A DNA stretch of 63,668 nucleotides, filler included, from Rhabdomonas costata (lineage: Eukaryota): assembly GCA_019059605.1 (NCBI GenBank). It is 56 parts of 56 records of this genome, joined end to end, with 100 filler letters (N's around TTAATTAATTAA, not from the genome) between each part and the next. Parts side by side here need not be neighbours in the genome. Positions count along the whole stretch, not along the records: positions 12,538 to 13,576 come from JAHMHO010031972.1; positions 13,677 to 14,715 come from JAHMHO010031973.1; positions 14,816 to 15,853 come from JAHMHO010031974.1; positions 15,954 to 16,992 come from JAHMHO010031975.1; positions 17,093 to 18,131 come from JAHMHO010031976.1; positions 18,232 to 19,270 come from JAHMHO010031977.1; positions 19,371 to 20,409 come from JAHMHO010031978.1; positions 20,510 to 21,548 come from JAHMHO010031979.1; 48 more parts are not named here. The stretch is one strand, 5' to 3'. The number at the start of each line of letters is the position of its first letter. The first letter of the stretch is position 1. The translations under genes and the position numbers were made by a program. This document shows, one piece after another, positions 12,538-24,296 of the stretch. The notes beneath the pieces were generated by a model. It worked only from the letters and a program-made list of their open reading frames with translations. It did not search any database and was not told where the DNA came from.

Positions 12538-13253
12538 TTGTTTGGGTGGAGGTGGGCATGGTGCAGGCCTCTCCCCAGCAGGTGCTTGATCTGCTGTGGA
12601 ACTGTGCGGAGCGGCCGAAGTGGGATGCGCTGTGCGAGGAGCGTCGCGTGTTACTGCAGGTGCCCTCACTTGCCCCACTTGCTTCTACTTCCTCTTCCCC
12701 ACGAGCCTGGCCTGGGCAGGGAAGGGAACTGTTCAGTTTCTCAGACTTTTACTCCAGGAATCAGGGAATGCAAACCTCCTGCCCTCCGCTTCCAAGAATT
12801 GACAGCAGTTGATTCTGAGTTGATACTTCAGAATGTGTATGTCCATGAATCACATACTGGCACAAAGCGGACTCATGCATATTTAATCAAACGCCTGTCT
12901 GTCCACGGTTCGAATATTCGATGGATTGATTCAACTCTTCGACCCCGGTGTAAGGCCTTATTTTCACAGATCCCAAAACAATGAACCTTTCCAAATATTG
13001 TTCTGTTTGCAAGGGTTCTTGGCCACCGAAAGCAGCTCGCTCTCATCCCCACCTCCTCGCGTCTTCTTCCACCGGAACTTTGTAAAGGTGGATCGGTGCA
13101 CCATGCTCGTTCACAACAAGCTGAAGAAGCCGGGGCTGGTGACCGCACCGCGGGACTTTTTTGCCCTCATGACTTATCGAGTCAGCCCCAGCGGAGGGAT
13201 TGTGCTGCTCACTAAGTCGGTGGTGGATGATGACCTGTGCCCCCCTCAGCCAG
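12538..13253 (+). CDS. START (lipid-transfer) domain protein; exons 12538-12659 and 13088-13253
   Basis: LLWNCAERPKWDALCEE..|VDRCTMLVH..VTAPRDFFALM..GIVLLTKSV..CPP shows the R.KWD and PRDF START motifs. Confidence 0.8.
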
Positions 13254-15953
13254 GTCTCTTTCCCTTCTCTCCTCCAAAGCAAATAAAGCAGGTGATAAAA
13301 TCCCTTTCTTCCTTGCGTTCCACGAACACTGAAAATGATCCGTTGCACGGAATCAGAGATCCCCCGTGTGCACTATTCTAGAACTCAATAACAAGAACCT
13401 GGGCGCCACCAAATCTCCCTAGCCCGAGGAAATCTTCTAGAAGTAAACTCAGACGTGCACCACGACGCATGGCTGAGTTAACCCTATCTTTGCGTACCCT
13501 GCTCCACAATCAGCCGGTCACAGAATCCACGATCGGCTTCAAAAATCAACACAACCACCGAATTACCCAACAAACCNNNNNNNNNNNNNNNNNNNNNNNN
13601 NNNNNNNNNNNNNNNNNNNNTTAATTAATTAANNNNNNNNNNNNNNNNNNNNNNNNNNNNNNNNNNNNNNNNNNNNGGTTGGGGCACGTGGGGTGCTCCC
13701 TTCTGCAGCCGTGCCGCGGTATCCGCAAGTCTCCGCAGAAGGGAGCACCCCACGTGCCCCAAGCCCATCAGGAAGATGTGGAGGGTGCGCCCCTGGGAAG
13801 AAAATGCACACCCGTGTGATTGCGCGTGCTCGCGTGAATGTGCGTTGGGGGTGCATAATGCGTCTGAGCTGTTCCTTTACACCGCGCATGGTGCTTGTAA
13901 CAGTGAGCTACCAGGATTTTCCCCATCTAGCTTCCAGGAGGCTCAAAACGCCCTCCGCTCCATCAAGTTCCATCAACCACACGCCCTGAACCCAACTGCG
14001 TGCCTTTTCCGCCTGTGAATCTGTTTCGAAAGGCTGTCGTTGTCGCAGTTGAGGTGGGTCACAAAATTCAATTGTGTGGATGCGTGGATGTGGGATAAGG
14101 GGGGACCACCATGGCTGGTGAAGACATCTCTCAGTTCAGGTTTCGCGCTTAAAGTCGTTAACGAGATTTGTGTCAGTTTACCTTCCATTGGTTTTGCTCT
14201 GCAATATCTGCTTGCTGTTGTGCTGGTAAGCGCAAGCTTCTGGCACCCGGGACACCGGGAAACGAAAGCGGGAAACGAACAAAGGGACCAAGGGACGAAT
14301 AAAGCGATGAAAAAAGGGAAAAAAACACAGAGGGAGAACTTTTGGTCCGAAGAAGACGTCGTGGATCACGTTCAGGGTCCTCTTCTCGTCTTCCGACCGA
14401 ACAACAATGGAAATATTCCTCTCCGAAGAGCCCTGTCAGAAGGAAAAAGGCCACCCGCAGGCGAGTTCTTGCAACAATTAAGTGAACTGGTTTTCGCCTG
14501 AATGACTGCAGGAGTGAGCTCGCATGCAAGCACCCTAGTGCTGACGTGGGAACCAAAAAAGAAAAAGCAGAGTACATATACACTAAGAAGCAAACGGGAC
14601 CAGAAAGAGATTCAGGCAAATGAAACCAATAAAGGGGAGAGGGAGAGGGAGGGGACCAACAGAATAAAAGTCAGGATGTGTCGAATAACCCCCCCCCCCA
14701 AGTGAAGTGATGGGTNNNNNNNNNNNNNNNNNNNNNNNNNNNNNNNNNNNNNNNNNNNNTTAATTAATTAANNNNNNNNNNNNNNNNNNNNNNNNNNNNN
14801 NNNNNNNNNNNNNNNGGGGTTTGGTGCGAAGGTGGCGGGGGCACAGGCGAGGTCATGCCAAAATGGGAGACCATCTGCCCTGGACCGGGAACCCCTGTAA
14901 ACAATCCTCCCAGAAGCACACAAACTCTGAGCTGCGTGTGAAGGGTACTGTACCCTGGTAACCTGGTACGGATACTGTCAGGCACCGGCTCGAATCCATG
15001 TCAGATCTAACGCGCTAGTCTCCATTAGGCCTTAGGCTGAAGGCAACCCTGGCCCCACCTCAAACAAGACTTCCCCTGAGGAACATGGGGGCAAAAGTTG
15101 CCAGAAGATGACCGGAGTCTCGAGCACTTAAGACTTAAGGTGTTGACTGAGAAAGGTGTGTCTCTCCCCCGCAATCACGTGGCATTCTTCGGTCGCCAAT
15201 TTACATGGCTCCTTAGCAACTGCACTGCTTTCCAGAAGCGCAAAGAACAGCAGAGACAAACAAAAGGAGTGGGGAATCAAAAAGTAAACCATCCCCCACA
15301 AAAACGTAAAACAAACTTGTATCAACACATCAGGAATCAAAGGGTAGAGAACGTTAATGCATGTATTCACCACACAAAAATTGATTTGCAGTTCGCGGCC
15401 ACTGCAAATCACTTTCTGTGCGGCGAATGCAACCCCAGGATTTCAATATATCAAAATTAGTCCGTCGACCTAGACTTATAGGTCGCCGGGGGGGGGGTGT
15501 GAATAGCAAGCTCTGATTTTGTAAAACGTTTCTTATCATGTCAACTTTTGGGCCCTGTCGTCCAAATGCTGGACAGAACACTGTGCTCATATCCATTTCT
15601 TCGTCCATCCAGGCGTCTTTGCGATTAGACCCCACACAGCACTTAGCACACAGGCCCGCCTCCGCCCTTCTACAGTTGGATATCCGTACGATATCTGCCT
15701 TCCTCCTCCGGTCTTCCAGGTACACTTGTTGCCTTTACCCCTTTTAAATCACACCACGTTCACACATTCACGGCGCGTGTTCTCTGCTTTCTTCTTCTTC
15801 ACATTTTCCCTCTATGATCACTTGACCTCTATGCATTCTCCACCAGGCGCTTTNNNNNNNNNNNNNNNNNNNNNNNNNNNNNNNNNNNNNNNNNNNNTTA
15901 ATTAATTAANNNNNNNNNNNNNNNNNNNNNNNNNNNNNNNNNNNNNNNNNNNN

Positions 15954-16315
15954 GTGGGTTGTGGCAAAGAGGACAGCCACTGTAGGACTCCGCTGGAGCT
16001 GCTCTGCAGAGCTCTCTGCCACAGGTCCAACCTAAGCGCAGCGATCTCTCGGGACATCCACTGGTTGGCTTTGGCCAGAACCGCGGTGGAGCCGTAGATA
16101 GCAGCGCACTTCAGAAGCTTCACCCTTTCCTCGGGGAGAAGGTATCCGAGGTCCGGGCAGCGCCGGGCCAGGTACAGAACAGTGTGCTCTCCCCCGCTGC
16201 GCAGCGAGAGGGCGACCTGAAGAGCGGACTTCCCGTCACACTCCCTGGCAACTAGAAGCTCGCTGTCCGGCATCCGGCAACACAGCAGCTGCACAACGCC
16301 CTCGTTGTCGGGCAC
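15954..16315 (-). CDS. Ankyrin-repeat-like protein exon
   Basis: A TTTGCAG acceptor precedes VVQLL..RECDGKSALQVAL..GEHTVLYL..LLKCAAIYGSTAVL. Confidence 0.6.
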
Positions 16316-16555
16316 CTGCAAAGAACAGCAGCGTTCAACAGTATATGCCCTCAAGCAAGTTCTGCACCACAGTGCACACCGTGTCAAAAACGAATCGTGT
16401 GAGGAAAAACTTCAGCATGCTTTTCCTGGTCTGTTGCACGTTTTGTCGAGCTAGTGTTCCTTGCGTTAGGCTTGGTTTGTGTTCTGTTCTCGGGGACAAA
16501 AAAGTTTCCGAAGGAAACTCAATATTTTATAGCCATCGGTATAAAAATTCCGGCT

Positions 16556-16774
16556 AAGTGAAAAAATTTCCCCAAGGGAAAAAATTTCCCCCAAGTCCCA
16601 CGTGGAGGCGAAACAGGAGTCCCCTGAGACTCCAATAGAAGATTTTGCAGGGAGTTAGGTGGCGATGCAGATGTCCCCTGGATCTCCCATCCGCTGCATC
16701 TTCTGTGATGTGTTGGAGCCTTCTTCCTCAGTGGTTGGGGGAAATTTTCTCCTTGGGGGAAATTTTTTCACTTA
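16556..16774. mobile_element. MITE-like element with ~40-bp inverted termini and 1.5 copies of a ~54-bp internal repeat
   Basis: taagtgaaaaaatttccccaagggaaaaaatttcccccaa is nearly the reverse complement of 16735-16774. The internal segment 16602-16682 matches the repeat at 27810-27998. Confidence 0.7.
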
Positions 16775-17529
16775 CCCAAAATATCTATAGCACCCATATG
16801 AAATATTTTGAACTTACAAAGATTTTATAGCGTCGCCATAAAAAATTTTAATGAAAGAATTTATAGCATTGCAAAACGAATGTGCTGCCGGAAGGCGTGT
16901 GCCGCCCCAACCCCCTGCGAGACCAACTAAACTCACCTCGGGGACTCTGTTCGGAGACTCACCTGGGATCTTGCGCCCAAGGCCCAACCCACNNNNNNNN
17001 NNNNNNNNNNNNNNNNNNNNNNNNNNNNNNNNNNNNTTAATTAATTAANNNNNNNNNNNNNNNNNNNNNNNNNNNNNNNNNNNNNNNNNNNNGGTTGTGT
17101 GGGAAATGGGATGAATGGAAAAAATTAGGAAAACGCTTTGCTAAGGTGTCCTTTTTTGGATGTAATTCTGAGTGTTTATACGTTTTGGACTGCCTCACGA
17201 TATGACGTGTGTGAATTTTTGGAATTGTCGTTGCGAGACGGTGGTAGGCAAATGGGGCCAGATTATTTTTGGGTGGAGGACAGTCGGTGGCGCTGCCGGA
17301 GAGGTCTAGCGGGTTGGGACGTTTGATGTGTTCGATGCGGCGGGCATTGCTCCCTTTTTTGTACTGCTTAACGACCGAACGGGTCAGTTTTTTTTGGGCG
17401 TACTGTAGGGTATTTATACTGTTTTCATGCGACTAGACAGACATAATATTATGGGAGTTAGAAAAGTGATGACCGTTGCTTACCATTTCATAAAACGGTC
17501 GATTTCACACACTCACTCACACTCTCTAG

Positions 17530-17660
17530 AAGCTTTGCTGCGGCCGCCCCCTACACGTTGGAGGAGGAGCTTCTGATCGCGGAAGTTGTTCCTGTGGTGC
17601 ACTACACCATGGGTGGGCTCAGGATTGCCACAGATACCGCAGTCATCGCAGACTCAGGAG
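17530..17660 (+). CDS. FAD-dependent fumarate reductase/flavocytochrome c-type flavoprotein exon
   Basis: AEVVPVVHYTMGGLRI contains the HYTMGG motif and is bounded by TAG| and |GTAG. Confidence 0.8.
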
Positions 17661-17757
17661 GTAGCCGAAAATTGCTGGGGGTTTGTATGCAGGGTAATGT
17701 CCTGGCTTCTGCTTTCCCTTCTTTGTGTGCGCCATGGGGCACAAGACAGGGGACAGA

Positions 17758-17857
17758 CACCGGCCAAGGGCGAAAGGTTAGGAAACCCCTGACCCCAAGG
17801 TCCGGCCACGCAGTGTTTCAGCAGGCCTGCTGTATATAGCAAAGACCCCAGGCCTGC
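17758..17857 (+). repeat. Dispersed ~100-bp repeat, copy 1
   Basis: Aligns over its whole length with 43363-43462. Confidence 0.85.
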
Positions 17858-18565
17858 ACTGCCCTCTCTCTGTTCGTGACCTTTCTTTTTGCTCTCTCCC
17901 TTTTATGTGACTGCTGCACTCCTTCGCTGAAACCGAGACTGGCCGCGCGCGGAATGTTTTTGTTCGTGTTGAAACTGCGCAGTATAATGGATTGAAATAG
18001 TATCCATTATTGCTATTCCAGTATTGCTACTACAGGAAGCGCGGAGCACGGAAAGAAGACAATCACACGTCTTGGCATTGACAGAGGTCAAGACAAATTG
18101 GATGAGAGGGAAAAGAGCAGAGAGTAGATACNNNNNNNNNNNNNNNNNNNNNNNNNNNNNNNNNNNNNNNNNNNNTTAATTAATTAANNNNNNNNNNNNN
18201 NNNNNNNNNNNNNNNNNNNNNNNNNNNNNNNGGGGGGTTGGTGTGGATGCGTGGGAGAGGTTTTCTGAAAATGCTAGGCTGTTTTGTACCCAATTCAGTT
18301 TGAAGGTCGCGAGAATGTGCTGGGGGTACTGATGGAGGTTGGTTTACTGAGTGATGTTCGTCCAAAGGAGCCGAAAGGCCTCCTTCTTTTGGCTATGCCC
18401 GGAGAGCTTTTTTTCGTGAGTGGGGGGGGGGGCGCTTAGACTCTCCACAGTCATGCTTGCCGCTACAGTTTTGGTCGTGCGCGTGATTCGTTTTTCTGTT
18501 TGGTTGTGTTGATTCCTGGAACCACACGTTAGCTGAAATCATTCCGCAAATGTCACGTTTTGTAG

Positions 18566-18645
18566 GACCACAGTGAGTATCTGGACCCGGAGGAGTTCAA
18601 GAAGGTGGTCCAGCGGCACCCTTTTCTGGTGGAGTTGAACTCAAG
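18566..18645 (+). CDS. EF-hand exon (calcineurin-B/NCS-like)
   Basis: TTTGTAG|DHSEYLDPEEFKKVVQRHPFLV..|GT. Confidence 0.55.
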
Positions 18646-19698
18646 GTTCAGTTTTTTTCACCCGTTCTTTGCGCCTTATCTTTGGGAGTGGTATGTTGCT
18701 CATGATTTTGTTCAGCCTCCCAGGCGTCGAGAGTAAGAAGGGGTGGAAAGCAAGCCGCGTGCTTCGGCTAAGCTCTCTTCTCAATTAGTTAACGAAGGGC
18801 AGTGGAAAACTGCAGCAGAGCCTCCAAGTCTTAGCAGGGGCTGTTTTTTTTGTATTCGGTGTTCGTTGAGGATTTAACTAATCTGCGGCGCTTCGGCTTC
18901 AACTCCCGAACGAGGGAGAGAAAGTTCTTCGTCGTTCAACTAGTTATGTTGAACGATGTCAGAGAATGGTGTCGTTACCCGAATCGCGTTCATTTTTTTG
19001 AATTGGGATGGTTTGGGATTGTCGCGTGCCCGAAGTTTTCAACTTTTAGGACTTTGCAAAATTGTTTTGGTTTAATAAGCTGTTTGTTTGTTTGTTTGTT
19101 AAGAGAGGAGCCTATTTATAGAAAAAGACGTGCAAGAAACTGTCACTATAATAGCCTCACCAGGAGACCAGGAGAGGCTATTATAGTGACAGTTTCTTGC
19201 ACGTCTTTTTCTATAAATAGGCTCCTCTCTTAACAAACAAACAAACAAACAGCTTATTAAACCACAACCCNNNNNNNNNNNNNNNNNNNNNNNNNNNNNN
19301 NNNNNNNNNNNNNNTTAATTAATTAANNNNNNNNNNNNNNNNNNNNNNNNNNNNNNNNNNNNNNNNNNNNTTTTTTTGGTGTGACGGCTTTTTTCCCGAG
19401 ACCGTGAGAAGAACCCTCCACTCTTGGATCGTGCTCCGGACCTTCTCATCATGTGGGCCGGATGGCGGGCTTTTGGCTCACCGGACGACCTGTCGCGGCG
19501 CTGTGGTCTGCTCATAGCGACATTGGATTGAAGAATCGTTGAATTCTGGAGAATTTAACTACAATGTTCAAAATCGGGCTGAATCGCTTCTGCCGTAAAG
19601 AAAATGTCCCCTGTTCTCCCTGCTGCGATACCCCAGTGCGCAATGCCGCACTCCGTCGGCGTTCTCCCCAACCTTTTTCGCTTTCTCCCCTCTTGCAG

Positions 19699-19822
19699 GC
19701 AATGTGTGAAGGGCGAATCGTGTGCCTTCGTGCACGAGCTAATGCCCTGCCCCAGCGGGGACGCCTGCCCTAACTTCACCAAATGCGCCTACGCACACCC
19801 AGCGGAGGGGCTTGGGGTGTAA
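19699..19822 (+). CDS. CCCH zinc-finger protein, terminal exon
   Basis: A pyrimidine tract and TTGCAG precede QCVKGESCAFVH..CPSGDACPNFTKCAYAHP..stop. Confidence 0.65.
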
Positions 19823-21650
19823 GCCGGTCGGGGGAAATGCTTTCCGTTTCCCTTTCCCTCCAATCTACTGACAATTTCTCGCCCGACGTGGAGTCGGCAA
19901 GAAAATGAATCCAATGTGCTTCCATTCCAGTCCGTCGTCCATCTCACATCAGTGCTTCAATTAGTTCTATGGTGTGTATCGACCTGCGAATTCAATCCGC
20001 CGCTGACGCTCGTTCCAATTTGCTTTCTGGTCCACGAATTCTTCCTCGACAGCTTACGTCAATGCTTGTTTACCGCCGAGCTTCAGATGGCAGAGTTTTT
20101 CGTCACAGAAATGACGTCTCTGCCGTCCGTCCATGAATGGAGGAACCAGTTTTCTTGCGGGTCAGGGAATTTGTAAATTAGAATGTGAAAATTTAGAATG
20201 AGAATTGGAATGAGAATTCCGAATGGGTGCGCCTTACCAATTTGGGTAGGTCCGGTGCACACTCCGGTGAACTCCGGTGCTATGGCTGCTTTCCGTTGTG
20301 TTGTTGTGTGAGGTTCGCGAGCCTCTTGCTCTCGCAGATTTGTAGTACATCTACAGTCAAGCAGGTGAGTTCGCATGAAGACTACATCCCATACCCAACA
20401 CAACACACCNNNNNNNNNNNNNNNNNNNNNNNNNNNNNNNNNNNNNNNNNNNNTTAATTAATTAANNNNNNNNNNNNNNNNNNNNNNNNNNNNNNNNNNN
20501 NNNNNNNNNTGTGTGGGTGAGTGTGTGTGTGTATGGCTCAACGAATGTTGAGCGATACACACACACACTCACTCACTCACTCACTCACACAAAGCGAGGA
20601 AGCCCATTGGTACATCGCAAATCCCGTGGTTCACTGAAGTCGGCCTGAAACTTCCTATTTTTGAGCGCATATAAGGGCTGCGGCTGTCCGATAGGTGCCA
20701 CCTTCGGGGAAAAGTGTGGCAGAAGCAACGCATCGCTGGCTCAAAATGGGCGGCGGCAAGGAGGCATACCGAGGGCCTGAAGAACGTGGCCAATCCCAAA
20801 CCCCGCAGAGACAAGACGAGCCGCCGAGGTCGGGAAGGTGGCCAGCTGAAAAATAGAAAACCGTTGAAGGGCAGAGGCGAGAATAGTCCGAGCCTTGGTA
20901 GCATCCCTCAACATCAACATCAATTCTGGAAGGAGTATTTTGAGGTGCGGTGAACTGTTGTTTCGAGACCACGGCCCTCCCATTCCCCAGCCTTTACGTG
21001 TGACCGAAATGCGACTCACGAGAACCGGACCCCCACGGCTGCCCTGCTGTGATGAGGTGACCTTGCTCTTACACCTTCCCGTGTGTGTGTGTGTGTGTGC
21101 GTGTGCGTATTTGGAAGTGGGCGTGGGTGCGGGTTTGCGGGCGGTTGGCGGACCTTGTCTTCTTCCCACTCCGGGCCGCAGTCCAAGGCGATGAGCTTCT
21201 CTTTTCCATCGTAGAAGGTTCGGAAGCAGTCGGCGTTTTGGAGAATCTCTCCAAAGTAAATAACAAAACCATTCACCTGAGTACCCGGGTGGAGGGAAGG
21301 AGCAGAGTGAAGGGGATGCAAAATCCCAGGAAATGGGAATGCATTAACGTATCGTTTCATGGCTTTAAGGACTTTTTTCAAAGCTTTTATTTAAAGTCAA
21401 ACCTGCAAAAAAAAAACCCGTAAAAGTCGAAGGAACATCTTTACCTTCAAAACACCGACACCACCTCAACATTCACACGTCCATTCATCTGCTAAACCAA
21501 AGCAGTGCGAAAGGAAGGATTGCAAAAAGAAATTCCACACACCACACANNNNNNNNNNNNNNNNNNNNNNNNNNNNNNNNNNNNNNNNNNNNTTAATTAA
21601 TTAANNNNNNNNNNNNNNNNNNNNNNNNNNNNNNNNNNNNNNNNNNNNGT

Positions 21651-22687
21651 AATGAAGCAGATGCTAACTGTTTTGAAGAGCGTCTTGCTATAGCAAGATC
21701 TTTGCCGGAAACAACTAAAGTAGGTGTAAGAGGAATTATTAGTGTGCTACAAGCTGGTTTGAGTAAAGCTGAGGAGTTTTTTTATAAATTGTTTGCGGGT
21801 GGCCCTATGGAACAAGAACATAGCACTACCAATAATGCATGTATGGAGTTAGTTGGTTATTATTTACCTTATATCCAATGGATTTATCCACATAATGTTT
21901 CTCACCATCATCACCACCATCACCATCATCATGGTCATTCAGAGGTACCACAGGATTGTCCTGGTACACCACCAGAAGAGCCGTCTAGTGTTTATGCGGA
22001 TACTTTTATGCCATTGGAACGTAGTTTAGCTAGTAATGGTGGGTCGCAGCATAGTGGACGAAATTATTTTCAAAAACTAGAGCTTCTTAATAAGAGAATG
22101 CAAGTAATGCAGGCTTTTACCGTAGGAGTACCAGATTTAGCTCAACCTGAATATTGTTGGATGTTTAAAGAGATGGAGGTACCAAGTTTAGAAAAACAAT
22201 GTATCGATTATGAAGTCGATAAAATCTTAGAATTTGCTGCAAAGCTGGAGGATAGCGATCCTATTAAAAATTTGCCATATTTGATGTTATTATCAGATTG
22301 TGAATTTGTAAGTGATTTTAAAAGTAGGAGGTTATGCCAAGTTAAAATAGAGCAACGCCAACAACTTAAGTGTAAACCCTAGGAATATCCGTCCTTAAAT
22401 GATGCTATACTCAATAGCAAGTTACAAAAATAGCTTGCTATGTATATGCATCGTTATCATAAATCTCCAAAATCTACATTTGATCTTAAACCCCAGTTTT
22501 CACCGTTATTATTTTCTTTTATTAGTAAGTACCAATTTAGCCAAGATAATTTAAATCAAATTAATAGTAATGGGGTAACTCCTTTAACTGTTGCTATTGA
22601 TGAGAACCAAGAGGAGATAGTTAAAGAATTGTTGTTGTTACAAGTAAACCCATTTATTGAGAATTTACACGGTAATACCCCACAACC
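21651..22687 (+). CDS. His10-containing protein with a C-terminal ankyrin repeat on an AT-rich contig; probable 126-nt intron at 22308-22433
   Basis: One frame spans the contig except for TAG at 22380 and 22431. A phase-0 GTAAGT...TAG intron removes both and gives LSDCEF|LAMYMHRY. NSNGVTPLTVAIDENQEEIVKELL..NLHGNTP is ankyrin-like. Confidence 0.7.
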
Positions 22688-22787
22688 NNNNNNNNNNNNN
22701 NNNNNNNNNNNNNNNNNNNNNNNNNNNNNNNTTAATTAATTAANNNNNNNNNNNNNNNNNNNNNNNNNNNNNNNNNNNNNNNNNNNN

Positions 22788-23826
22788 GGTGGGGGTGCGG
22801 AAGAGGTTTCGGAATTGATTGAGTCGATTCCCCACGGGGTGGTGCTGGAGGATGTTCTCGGCGGACTTTTTGTGCTGGTCTCCTCCGCCGCTTACCCCCG
22901 CACTCTGCCCGCGCCCGCGAGCTACCACTTCCCGCTGAATACCAAGGCCCCGGCCGACGTGATCGTGGAGCACGGCAACCCGGCGTGGCTCTCCAACCTG
23001 GCGTGCGATGCCAGGCCCTACCTGTACTCCGTGCACCCCTCGAACGCCTTCCTAACCACCTCCTCGCTGGCCTCCGCGCTGTACCTGCTGCTCCTGCACC
23101 TACTGGGGCGGCACTTCCCTGCGGCCTTCCGCACCATCGACGCCTGCGTGTCCGACATCCGAATGAGCAGTGAGGAGGCCCAGCTGTGGGCCCAGCTCAA
23201 GACCGTTCCCACGGACTGCCACCCGGACTCTGCAGCATGTCGTCTCAAGCTCTACACCACCACCCGGGCCTGCCAGAGCACTATGCCCTACCCCTGGAAT
23301 GTCACAGAGGAGTTGCAGCTGTACATTCTCAAGCTGCCTCACGTCTCCGCGGCGTGCCGGCTTGACCCTTTGGCGGAGGCCCAGCTGGCGAAGCTGCTTC
23401 CTCCAGAGACTTCTTGCCTTTGGTTTCTGAAGCAGAGACAGCTGCTGCGGGACTCGCTGCTGGCGTGCGAGCTGGACGTGGAGGTGGCCACCGTCCCCGT
23501 GCTCTCGCCTCCCGAGTTTGTGCGGCAGATGGGCTTCACCCCTCTGCCCGACGTCACCGAGGGCATCGACACTACGCTGACCTCCAAGCGCCTGGACACG
23601 TGGACCCTGAAGCTTGCGCGGCCCGCGGCCCCGCTGAAGGGCGAGGCGGCGCTGAAGTTCCTGGGGGAGGCACTGCGGAGTGGGCTGTGCCTGCAAGGGA
23701 ACTCCGACCAGGTGGGGTTCCTGTTCCTGTATGAGCTCTTCACCGGGGCCATCGACGTGGCAGTGCTGCCCTCGGACAACTCCCACACCTGGGCCGCCCT
23801 GCTCACCCGCTTGCTGCCCCCCAACC
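22788..23826 (+). CDS. Internal part of a very large conserved protist protein (DUF3638/DUF3645-associated type, tentative)
   Basis: The frame is open across the contig with strong GC3 bias. Motifs YLYSVHPSNAFL..SLASALYLLLL and DCHPDSAACRLKL were recalled from that family. Confidence 0.55.
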
Positions 23827-24120
23827 NNNNNNNNNNNNNNNNNNNNNNNNNNNNNNNNNNNNNNNNNNNNTTAATTAATTAANNNNNNNNNNNNNNNNNN
23901 NNNNNNNNNNNNNNNNNNNNNNNNNNGGGGTTTTGCCCTTTCCAAAGTGAGAACTCACGAGCACTTTGTATTGCTGGATAAAATAGGCAGTGCTGTTGCC
24001 TTTACTGGATCTAGTCCGCGGTGGAATATCTACGCTTCCAGCTTATCCCCGCCGAAAGCAAATTTCTCTTTCCCTTGATATCCGGATAGTTTCGAATAGG
24101 TGTCTCTTCTTTCTTCACAG

Positions 24121-24296
24121 GTAATGTTAGATGCGCTGTCCAGGCTGGGATGCGCGCGGTTTGAATGGAAGGATGATGCCCGCACGCTGGTCGTCGAGGG
24201 CGGCGGGGGGGCGATGCATGTGCCATCGGCTCCCCTTCACCTGGGCAACTCTGGCACGGCGTCGCGGTTCCTCACCACTCTGTGCACTTTGGCACG
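24121..24296 (+). CDS. EPSP synthase domain exon, pentafunctional AROM-like
   Basis: [47 protein letters not shown] contains LGNxGTAxRFL. The W.D...LVVEG spacing resembles fungal AROM. AG and GT borders are present. Confidence 0.85.

Noticed and set aside
19070-19270. Long perfect hairpins as pre-miRNA/siRNA loci or hairpin telomeres
   Set aside because: All such hairpins abut contig ends and run into the primer-like bases, and their sequences are unrelated to each other. Amplification template switching is the simpler explanation.
22368-22433. Two ultra-short 11-13 nt introns ending at the two TAGs
   Set aside because: Removing the first one alone shifts the frame into an early stop (TAA or TGA). 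A single 126-nt intron fits better.
23100-23786. 228-aa antisense ORF and similar long shadow ORFs (e.g. 51463-52221, 52528-53289, 36855-37529)
   Set aside because: No recognisable motifs; such ORFs are expected from high GC content and codon bias on the opposite strand.
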